NCBI GenBank assembly: GCA_964016885.1
Contig: OZ024740.1
Location: 57,474,001-57,538,000 of the forward strand
Direction of reading: 5' to 3'
Length of the DNA stretch: 64,000 nucleotides
Source of the DNA: Eledone cirrhosa
Taxonomy: Eukaryota
Part shown: positions 53,730-64,000 of the stretch, one piece after another
How the letters are laid out: every line of letters starts with the position of its first letter
Position numbering within the stretch: position 1 is the first letter of the stretch
Position numbers and translations under genes: made by a program
The notes under the pieces: generated by a model
The model's input: the letters and a program-made list of their open reading frames with translations, nothing else
The model's database searches: none
What the model was told of the DNA's origin: nothing

Positions 53730-54297
53730 TAGCAGTGTTATCCGGCGTTGCACGGGATAAGGTATTTTGGAATGCGGGCCGCCAACAGACCTAATCGTGG
53801 AAAAACTACATGCCTGGACAATATGTAAAGGAAATAAACCAAATACTCTGATGGCTGGATAATCTTTAAGATTTTACTCAATGAAGCAGGAAAAATGCAG
53901 GTTTTCACCTAAAGGCAAAGTTAACCTCGGCGGGATTTGAGGTTAACTTAATAATGATAATGGTTTCTAATTTCGGCACCACATTGCCAACATATTTTAG
54001 GAAGAAGTTGATAATATTGATCCTGGTACATGCATGATATTTTATTTTATGAAACCCGGAAAGCTGAAAGGCAAAGTTGGCTTAGGCATATTATTAGGCA
54101 TGAAAGAATCTATCCAAGCCATGCAAGCAAGGAAAAGTGAATGAAAAGGATGATGATGATATGATGATAGGGGATCAAGAAAATGAATTTTTTTTATGTG
54201 CATAATATGCCTTGAAATTTCAGGAAAATCGGTTAGACGTAACGCCTCAAAAAAGCCCTAAAAAGCTGAAAAAATGTTTTTCACCTAATGCGGGCCC
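53729..54297 (-). mobile_element. Helitron-like 3' part, interrupted by a templated insert
   Basis: Reverse complement of about 42590-42912; insert at 53913-54167. Confidence 0.78.
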
Positions 54298-54945
54298 ATA
54301 TTAACTGTAAAACTAGAAATGTAGTATATAGCATAAGATGTACTGAAGGACAATGTAGAGATAAGAATATAGTGTACATAGGTGAGACAGCTCGTAGTAT
54401 AGGAGAACGGATAAATGAACACTGGCGAGAGCTTCAAGATAGAAAAGAATCATCTGTACTTCACCAACATGCTAAAATAGGACATAAGGGTAAATTAGAG
54501 AACAAAACAATAGAATAAAAATAGAATCTACACACAGAAAACACGCAATGTTTAGACAAATCACAGAGGCAATAAACATAAATGAACTCCAAACAAAATT
54601 AAATAGAAAACATGAATGGAATAGCAACATCACAACTTACAATTAAGGACAAAATGAAAACACACACACATAGAACAAACAACCAACCAGTAACATGTAA
54701 ATAAACAAATAAATAAACAAATATAAACACACACAGACACCCGGATGTAACACATGCGCAAACTAATCACACAACACACACAAAAACAAGATGGCGTAGG
54801 ACAGAACAAAGGAGAGGCACAAAACAAAAAAAAGAATCCCCAGTCACTGAAGAGGTCACAGAATGTGTGACGAAAGAACTTTGACAATATATGAACAATC
54901 GTCCGGTTGTGGAACCAACCAACCAACCGGAAATTTATAAGTTTA
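54298..54945 (+). mobile_element. Penelope-like element 3' end: GIY-YIG endonuclease remnant plus pLTR
   Basis: NCKTRNVVYSIRC...C...VYIGETARSIGERINEH...S.L.QH, followed by an AC-rich UTR and an HHR. Confidence 0.88.
54843..54885 (+). ncRNA. Type-I hammerhead motif downstream of the GIY-YIG ORF
   Basis: GTCA-CTGAAGA-G-GTCACA(GAATG)TGTGAC-GAAA-GAAC-TT-TGAC. Confidence 0.8.
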
Positions 54946-55220
54946 ATTTATAATAAATTGGAGTGAAAGCAACTGGTGCATGTGTTTCTTATTGGCAACA
55001 TGACCCTCCCAAAGCATAACAATATCGGTTTCAACACACGTTTTCAGATAAAGAATCTTGCTAAACAAATTCAGAAACGAAATATATATGTATATATATA
55101 TATTTATATATATAGAGGGGAAGGACACAGAAGAGTGTGTTTTTCTTTACAGGAAAGCTCATTTAATTACAGGATTATACGCGAGTCCTTTGCTCCGTTA
55201 TTTTACTTGATATTTTTATA

Positions 55221-56493
55221 TCATCATCATCATCATCATCATCAACGTTTAACGTCCGTGTTCCACGCTTGCATGGGTTTGGACGGGGGTAGTCCCACTT
55301 GAGGCAAGAGTGATTGTCTTGCTCGCATAGGACTGTCTGGCAGGTTTTCTACAGTTGGATGCCCTTCCTAACACCAACCACATTTACAGTGTGGGTCTGG
55401 GAGGTTTTTACCGTGTTGCCTACACGGCCACATTACAGCGTGGACTGTGTGTTTTTTTGTCGTGACACCTACACGATCTCATTTGTTTCGGCCTGGATGG
55501 CGCGGCACCAACATAACTTTACATAGAACGGGGTGGTGTGGATGGGGTGGGGGTGGTGGCGGGACGGGGTGTATTTTGTTAGAGATGCCTACTGGCAAGG
55601 CGGGTCTTCTCTGTTACTGAGTACCGCCAAAGGTCTCGGTCCAGTGACATTGTCTTGGAGAGGTGTAAGTGTGTGAGGTCGGAGTTTATCAGCTCGTCCC
55701 AGGTTTTTCTAGGTCTGCCTATTCCGTGGCTACCGTCTATCTTTATTGCCCTGCACTTTGTTATACAGCTATCGACTTTCATGCGCATCACGTGTCCATA
55801 CCAACGTAGCCTTCTCTCGAGTAAACAACATCTGATCCCTCTTATCTCTAATTTTTTCCTTAGTTCGTTTATGCTTTGCCGTTCACGTATATTACTGTTA
55901 CACATCCAGCGGAGCATGCAAGCTTCGTTCCTCTCTAGTCTGCGTATATCCTCTGCACACAATGCCCAGGTCTCACTGCCATGCAACATTGCTGTTCGTA
56001 TGCAGGCATCGTACAACCTGCCTTTCATTTTTAGGGAGAACCCTTTAGCAGCTAATAGTGGTATAAGCTCTCTGAACTTTTTCCAACCAGTTCTGACTCT
56101 AGCTACAGTACTTTCAGAGCACCCTCCCCCACTGCTGATTTTATCGCCCAGTTAACGGAAGCTGTCCACTATTTCTATAGAACCCTCTGCGCAATTGAAA
56201 GAGCTAGTATTTTGTGGGCACTTGCTGCTACTTATTGCACCAGAACACCGGCCACATGTAAAATCTATGTTCTTAGTTAGCTTACCTGCGATCCCACTAC
56301 ATCTTTTATGCACCCATACTTTGCATTTAGGACATAAAATGGAGTTTCTACCTACGCCTTTCCTACACACCGAGCACGACCATTTCCCAGAAGGGACCGC
56401 CGCCTTGTTTTCTTTCCTACAAACTAGAACTTTGGTCTTAGCCAGGTTAATTTTAAGTCCTTTTGACTCTAGGCCGTGCTTCCATGTTTGGAA
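55221..56493 (-). mobile_element. RTE LINE 3' part
   Basis: ORFs 55579-56028 and 56152-56370; (GAT)n tail; 5' end abuts (TA)n. Confidence 0.94.
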
Positions 56494-56561
56494 TTATATA
56501 TATATATATATATATAGTGACGAAACATAAGTCAATTGCATGAACTCATAATCTTTTATTT

Positions 56562-56617
56562 ACTGCTATATATATTTCGATGATAGCCATTGAATGGCTA
56601 TGACCTCATCAGGCAGT
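56562..56617 (-). ncRNA. Type-I hammerhead motif
   Basis: Minus strand: ACTGC-CTGATGA-GGT(C)ATAGCCAT(TCA)ATGGCTAT(C)ATC-GAAA-TATATA-TA-GCAGT. Confidence 0.8.
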
Positions 56618-57202
56618 TAGTCAGTTCTTAGATATGCCAGCTCTGTGTTTATGGTGTTGATGGTATCAGAGCCTTGGGACATATATATATATATCAAAAT
56701 GAGCACAACGGGGGCAGGAACATGTAAGAGACTCTGACAAATGGAAAATAATACTCACTTCTTCTGATACTGACTGTAGGTTATATACCAACATTATAGT
56801 AGGGTATGTAACACCTGGTTTTTGATGCATAATGATGTGACTTGTACTACAACTGCATCAGTTACCTGTAAGGCTCTAGCTACTGGTGAATAGAGAAAGG
56901 AGTGATGAATATACATAATATGAGATTCTTTTAACAAAATAATATAGTGCCAAGTAAACAAGGTACTTACTGAAATTATCTGATACTTTGTTCTACCAAC
57001 TCTGAAAGGATGAAAGAGAAATTTGGATTCAGCAAGATCTGAACTAAGCCCCAGAACAAATGCTGGAAAATATTTATTTTATCTGATGCTCAAACAACAA
57101 ACTGCCTGCAATTCATCACCTACATTTGTGATGTTGTCACTGATATTTTTGCTCCACTATATTTTTTTCTAGTTCCTTGATAAATTGAAGTACGGTAGAC
57201 TT

Positions 57203-57261
<59 letters not shown>

Positions 57262-57477
57262 ATTCACTTTTCCTTGCTTGCATGGCTTGGATAGATTCTT
57301 TCATGCCTAATAATATGCCTAAGCCAACTTTGCCTTTCAGCTTTCCGCGTTTCATAAAGTAAAATATCATGCATGTACCAGGATCAATATTATCAACTTC
57401 TTCCTAAAATATGTTGGCAATGTGGCGCCGAAATTAGAAACCATTATCATTATTAAGTTAATCATTATTAAATTAAG

Positions 57478-59277
57478 GGTGGTGGATTGGCAGTATCGGT
57501 AGAGGGTCAGACGCCATGCTTTCCAGCATAGTTACGTCCCTTTACGATCTGAGTTCTAATCCCGCCGAGGTTGACTTTGCCTTTCATCCTTACGGGGTCG
57601 ATAAAATAAAGTACCAGTAATGCACTGGGTAATTGCTGGCCTTGTGCCTAAAGTAGAAACAATTATTAAGTTAACCTAGGGCGGTAGATTGGCAGTATCG
57701 GTAGAGGGTCGGACGCCATGCTTTGACGCATAGAGTTACGGCCCTTGCCATTCTGAGTTCAAATCCCGCCGAGGTTAACTTTGTCTTTCATCCTTATGGG
57801 GTCGATAAAATAAAGTACCAGTAATACACTGGGATAATTGCTGGCCTTGTGCCAATAGTAGAAACAATTATTATTATTACATCCTCTCATTCAATGTCAT
57901 TGTGGCAATTAAAAGAAGTCATCTTCCTTGTTATTATTACTATTAAACGCCCTTTACAATCTGAGGTCAAATACCGTCGAGGTTAGCTTTGCCTTTCATC
58001 CTTACAGGGTTGATAAAATAAAGCACCAGTAATGCACTGGGGTCCATTTAGTCAACTTTCCCCTCCTCCCAAAATTGTTGGCCTTGTGCCTAAATCAGAA
58101 ATCATTATTACTATTACTATAAAGGCAGTGGATTGCCAGTATCAGTAGAGCGTCAGACACCATGCTTTGCAGCATAGAGTTATGGCACTTTATGTTCTGA
58201 GTTCAAATCCCACCAAGGTTAACTTTGCCTTTCATCCTTACAGGGTCAATAAATTAAAGCACCAGTAATGCACTGGGGTCCATTTAATCGACTACACCCC
58301 ACACAAAATCGCTGTGTAGAAATCATTATTTGTGTTTTTCCTCTGTCTTCAGTTTTGTTTCAATTTCTTGCTGATTGATTATTATTGTAAAGTGGACATA
58401 TTGTAAGGGGCTGCAGACAAACACTTTCCTCTTTGACAAATCCCTCATCAACTTCTTCAAGTTTCACATGAAGATGAAAATCAGGGTGGGGTGGGAAGTG
58501 TTGCTTTTCAGCTCTCTTGTTGAAAGATGGACGAAAGTAGCAAGCATGGTCCTAGTGAACAGGGCTCCGCTGAGTATAAGCCTGTAAATCAAGGCTGAAG
58601 AACTGAGAGAGGCACTTGCCCTAGTACTCAGAGAAACTGTGTTTTATGGATTTTTTTTTTTTTTCATGAATAGCCCTTGGGCGTTTCACTATTGAGGAAT
58701 GCCCATTGTTAATATTTTATTGTTACCTCCCTGTACTGTATTAAATCTCTTTACACACCATCACACACATACACACACTCAATGTCTAGTCCTGTGCCGT
58801 TCTTAATGTGAGCTCTGCAGGGCTAATAAAGAAATCATTATTGTCATCATTATTAATGGATTGGCAGTATCGGTAGAGGGTCGGACGCCATGCTTTCCAG
58901 CATAGTTACGTCCCTTTACGATCTGAGTTCAAATCCCGCCGAGGTTGACTTTGCCTTTCATCCTTACGGAGTCGATAAAATAAAGTACCAGTAATGCACT
59001 GGGTAATTGCTAGCCTTGTGCCTAAAGTAGAAACAATTATTAATGTGGCATATAGTTACATCCCTTTACATTATTTCATGCCTAATAATATGCCTAAGCA
59101 TATTATTAGGCATGAAAGAATTTAAATCCCACTGAGGTTAGCTTTGCCTTTCATCCTTATGGGAACGATAAAATAAAGTACCAGTAATACACTGGGGTCG
59201 ATTTAATCGACTTTCCCCTCCCTCAAAATTGCTGGCCTTGTGCCTATAGTAGAAATCATTATTATTATTATTATTAT
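57478..59277 (+). mobile_element. Array of about six tRNA-derived SINEs (core resembles the Deu/Nin-type domain)
   Basis: Units near 57478, 57679, 57948, 58123, 58856 and 59120, with A/B-box-like heads and (ATT)n tails, all in the same orientation. Confidence 0.85.
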
Positions 59278-60241
59278 TCATAAAGTAAAAATAAAAATAA
59301 CTACATATGCATTTGTAATTGACACAACGACTCTATAGTGAACAAAATCCCTTGTAAATCTGCAAGTCATTAATAAGTAATTAAATACTTACTTTTACAC
59401 TCTCACACACATATAAACATGGAGTCTGTCTGCATTGATTTGACATGCTAGTAATAGCAGCTATATCTTTTTCAAATCACACACACCTATCTTTTAAAAA
59501 AAAGGTACAGGGAAGATGTAGCCCTAGATATGCAATGCTAAAAAGTGGCACTTAGTACCCACCCTGACCAAGACAACATAGATTGGTAAGGACCCTCTGG
59601 TCCTGTTGAGTACTTGATAACCTCTCTAGTGTTGGTGTTTTAATGGGGGTGCATCTGATACACTATGAAATGGTTGGCAATCAAACAAAAGAAACAATAT
59701 AAGGTAAAACCAGTCTAGCTGAGCATATGACAACCTCTCTAGTAGTGGTGCCACTCTAAAACACCACTGGTACACTCTGTAAAATGGTAGTGCTGGTATC
59801 ACAATAAAATCTACCTAGTACATTCTATAAGGTGGTTAGCATTAAGAAGGGCATCCAGCTATAAAAACCATGCCAAAATCTGGAATGTAATTCCCCAACA
59901 AGTCTAATCTTAGATTGTAACAATCTATTCAACCCTTCCTCCCTATATATAAAGTCTGCAACTGCTCTCCTTTGGAATAAAAAGAAAATGGAGCAGCCAT
60001 GATCAACATAATGACAACAATAACACCAACAACAACAATTTAATTGATGTTTCAAGTTACAACCAGAACCATAATACCCAGAGGAAAATCATGTCTTCTG
60101 ATGCATGAGCAACTAATTTTCCTGCTAATAGAAAAAAAAACTTCATAAATGGTTCACAAATAATAATAGTAAATGTATGTGTGTGTGTATATATATATTA
60201 GAGTATGGCCTCAACTGAATATGGCCTCCAATCTTTTATTA

Positions 60242-60269
<28 letters not shown>

Positions 60270-60272
<3 letters not shown>

Positions 60273-60705
60273 GGAACAAGTATGACCCCGACGGCAGAGC
60301 TCAAGCCGTTTCGACGGCTAATTCTGGACTAAATAAGAATTTTTAGCCTGGTAAATAAATAGCCGAACTTCTCAGGGGGTAATTCCATATATGGGAAGAT
60401 AGTAATTGTCAAAAGGATTGGTCAAAAATTTGTTGTAAAGACAGATGATTCTATCTAAATTGCCATGATAGAATCATCTGTCTTTACAACAAATTTTTTA
60501 CCAATCCTTTTGATAATTACTATCTTCCCATATATGGAATTACCCCCTGAGAAGTTCGGCTATTTATTTACCAGGCTAAAAATTCTTATTTAGTCCAGAA
60601 TTAGCCATCGAAACGGCTTGAGCTCTGCCATCGGGGTCATACTTGTTCCTATTACCCACTCTACTACCCTAAGTATTGAGTACTTTGGTGCGTTATGGAC
60701 CATAA
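60270..60705. mobile_element. 383-bp fold-back palindrome (60270-60652) with variant HHR on both strands, plus tail
   Basis: 186-bp arms, 11-nt spacer (60456-60466); tail ACTCTACTACCCTAAGTATTGAGTAC. Confidence 0.88.
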
Positions 60706-60709
60706 CGCA

Positions 60710-61343
60710 TTCAAATTTTACACATGTAATACTTATGGTCGTGTGAGTGTTTTGAGCAAAAAAGGTTTTCTCATTTTTTGCGCCAGGGACCGCATTAGGC
60801 GAAAAACCGATTTTTTAAAGCATTTTGGTTGCGTTAGGGCCTGTAACTCGAGAAGTACCCAACCGATTTTTTTTAAACTTTGCATATGCGTTACTTATGT
60901 TTCACAAATTTTCTTGACTGAAAAAGATTTCAAATCTTTGCCCAGGGACCGCATTGGTTAGCATTTTGATTGCGTTAGGGCCTGTAACCTTAAAAGTATC
61001 CAACTAAATTCCTTCATGCTCTCCACCACTGCAGTCCCACATGCTTACTGCTCTGTAACTATTGCTTTCATTGTACCATAGCACAACAAATACATGTTCG
61101 GTTTGTCGAATGCCATTTTACTTAACCCTATCTTCTTGGCTTTCATGGGTTGAACATTTTACTCTCAGGCACCCAATTAAGTTAAACCTCTGGTAATCTA
61201 TGACAAATTTTTTTTATAAGCACAAAATGTAGACACCATCCCCGGGCCGAGGTATTCCGTACTTCTCTGTACTGTTTCAGAAAGGAGGGATAAACATGCC
61301 AATCTATGTTTAGAATCCCGAGCAACGCCGGCCATTCTGCTTG
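60710..61343 (+). mobile_element. Helitron-like element (5'-truncated)
   Basis: 'agggaccgcatt' modules as in 41978-42912; 3' hairpin CCCGAGCAACGCCGG. Confidence 0.65.
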
Positions 61344-63243
61344 TATCGACCATGGTTACCTGGATGCGGTGCTAGCGGCGGCAGGCTTCGGACCCGCTTT
61401 CAGGGGCTGGATCAATGCCATGCACAGCAGCCACATCTGCTCTAGGGTCAAGGTGAACGGCTACCTCTCGGAGCCGTTCGAAATCGCGCGGTCCATCCGA
61501 CAGGGGTGCCCTCTCTCCTCCCTTCTGTATGTAATGACTCTAGAGCCACTGCTGCGGAAGTTGGAGTTGTTGCAGGGCATCCCGTTGGAACCGGGATTGC
61601 GGAAAGCGGTGTCGGCCTACGCCGACGACGTAACAGTAATGGTGTCTACGGCCTCGGAAATCGGGGCGATTGGCACCTTACTGGAGGAGTACGAAAGGTT
61701 TACAGGGGCTAAGCTGAACCGGGACAAGTCGATCGGTCTGCAACTCGGCACGTGGAGGGGCAGATTGATGCCCTCCGATGGCATCGTCGGGCTCTTGACG
61801 GAGGGCCCGGTGAAGTTGCTCGGCGTCTGGTTCGGACCAGACTTCCAGGTGGAGAAGAACTGGGGTGAGGTAACGAACAGGGTGTTTGCACTGACCCAGA
61901 AGTGGACCGAGTGCAAACTGTCCCTGAAAGGTCGGGCGGAGGTGGCGAACACTTATATAGCGTCCGTCATCTACTACCACCTGACCGTTGTGCCTTGCCC
62001 AAGGGAAACGCTCGCCAAAATGGAGCGCGCACTCTTCCAATTCCTTTGGAAGAAGCGGGCTCCTATGGTGAGGAGATCCATCTGCTGTCAACACCCTTCG
62101 AAAGGAGGGATGGGGATGCCGTGGCTAATGATACGTAAACACGCATTAAGGCTACGGCACCTCCAGGTATTCCTCTCCGGTCAACCGGTGTGGGCCCCGT
62201 TTGTGAGGCGAGCCTTTCCCAGACTCGTCTCACTCACCGAGCTGCAATCCTGGGTCAAGCAAAGACCGAGAAAACTGGGCACCTGGCACACCGAGTGTGC
62301 CCAGGTGCTCACGGCTCTCTGGCAGGTGGACCCGGCTGTCAGTGGAGAATCCACCTCATCATTCTATAGAGGGCTGGTGGTTAGCAGGTGCGACGACGCC
62401 CTGGGAGAAGCCCTAGGCATGGAGGAAGATGAACTGGCCAACCTGTTCGGTAGGACATTCAGCCCGGGACCCATGGATAACTTCCAGAGGTCCCTGGCCT
62501 GGTAGTGCTACAGAAGGGCTCTGCCCGTTCGAGAAAGGCTCTACAGACACGGGCGCCCGGGTAGGGACCCCTCGAAAAAGATCTGTCCCAGATGCGTGTG
62601 CGACGAGGAAACCGTTGCACACGCATTGGTACACTGCTCGGGCATTGCTGATCTGTGGGGCTATGTCGAACAACTGCTGTCAAGGGTGGGACCGATCCGG
62701 TTGACCACCGAGTCTATTGTAACTATCAAGCCGCCTTCCCTCTTCAAAAACGAAGGAGAGGCGGTGTTTCTGTGCGTAATAGCCATGGCGAAAGAGGTTG
62801 TATGGTGGACGCGTCTGAAAGGACTGAGGTCAGACACCTTTCTCTCTGGCCAACAACTGGTCCATTTCTTCCGATATCATTTCGGAAGAAGGATCAGGAT
62901 GGAGAGAGAGGTGCTGCACCCCAGCCGTTTTTATGAAAGATGGTTGAAAGTGGCAAGAATGGCCCGTGTGAATGGGCCTTCACTCTACATCAGACTATAA
63001 GTGAGGAAGATGAAAGACCAAGGGAGCACCCCTTCTCTGTGCTCCTGAGGAAAAGGGTTGCACACTTTTTTTCGGGGGTGTGTGTGACCCCCCAAGGCGC
63101 CTCCTCTCTATTGAGGATTTTGTTATAAATTCTATTCTGTTATATTTTGTTATTGCCCCCTCCTTATTGAGGACGCCTTGTTTTGTAAACTCCCCCCTTT
63201 GTACTTGTCCCACTTTTGATGCCCTGGTGGCAAATAAAAGAAA
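61344..63243 (+). mobile_element. Tx1/L1-clade LINE, 5'-truncated (RT + C-terminal zinc knuckle)
   Basis: SIRQGCPLSSLLY, AYADDV, KLLGVWF, LSLKGRA, GGMGMP and CPRC..EETVAHALVHC; one in-frame stop; AATAAA at the end; GC-rich relative to the flanks. Confidence 0.92.
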
Positions 63244-64000
63244 CATATATATTATATATAAGATGTCCCCCAAAAATGTATACTCATATTTATTAGAATG
63301 TTGTTAAAGTATGTATATATTTTGGGGGGACACCCTGTATATACCATATTTGATAGCTTATAAGATGCATGGTGTCAATTCAAGCAGGCATTTATTCAAA
63401 AATATAATGAGTTTTTAGCAGAAATGTTCTTTAGAATAATATTTTTTAGGTTGCAGAAAGGATCCTTAAAGAAGATTAGGTTATAAGGCTGTGAGGAAAG
63501 GATCAAATAGGAAAACACAGCGAGGAAATTATATAAAAGGTTTATTTTTCTCCATAAATATTTACAATTGATAAAAGAGTAAAAAGATGCTGGCATGCCA
63601 CACGATTAAGTTAAACTAGTTGTTGGGCCCTTGCCGACAGAGCCAAAGTTTCTTGGTAAGTTCTATATCTTGCCAGTTGCTCCAGGGAACAGATTTAGTA
63701 ACATCTTGCTTGTACGAGAATGAAGCTGGAACTCTTTAGAAGAGAAAAGAGGTGCGAATTCGCTTCCTGTGTGGCAGTCACTACTTGGTATTTCTACGCC
63801 GCTGACTTACTGGCCTGGTGACTGATCAAGCATAACCTAATTGTTCCACTGAGATAAGTAGTGCCATTGCTTACTACAAGTTTAAACTTTTTCTGCCTAT
63901 CTACTCTCAGTTTCATCTATCTTTGAATGCTTGTACTGTGTTTTTGCACAACCCAGACCTTCTTACTTCCAGCAACAGCAGTTCTGTGGAATTTTTTATG

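Noticed and set aside
61306-61343. N-terminus of the 399-aa ORF as a genuine start
   Set aside because: The first residues come from the Helitron-like 3' end fused to a 5'-truncated LINE.
33367-64000. Final tektin exon(s)
   Set aside because: No acceptor followed by a phase-2 frame resembling the tektin C-terminus was found by eye; likely beyond the window, but it could have been missed.

Overview
AT-rich, repeat-saturated animal genomic DNA. The repeat complement suggests a coleoid cephalopod, probably Octopus (inference only). The only host gene I can support is a + strand tektin, most like Tektin-2/Tektin-B: three GT-AG exons (465-679, 2975-3197, 33143-33366) join in phase and include the RPNVELCRD signature. 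They are separated by 2.3-kb and 29.9-kb introns; the upstream exons and last exon(s) are not identifiable here. The rest is mobile DNA: many 5'-truncated RTE LINEs with (GAT)n tails, a Tx1/L1-like LINE, an R4/Dong-like fragment, two Penelope-like (GIY-YIG) remnants, a mariner relic, hAT/piggyBac/Tc1 MITEs, non-autonomous Helitron-like elements, two tRNA-SINE families and microsatellites. The most notable signal, read by eye, is about 19 type-I hammerhead-ribozyme (HHR) motifs in several families. Several sit in long fold-back palindromes inserted in (TA)n tracts, with an HHR on each strand and a shared asymmetric 'ACTCT...TAT(C/T)GAGT(A/G)C' tail. This looks like a diverse set of non-autonomous Penelope-derived ribozyme hairpin elements, some with unusual enlarged stem-II domains. 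All folds and family names come from manual inspection; no database searches or folding programs were run, and repeat boundaries are approximate.
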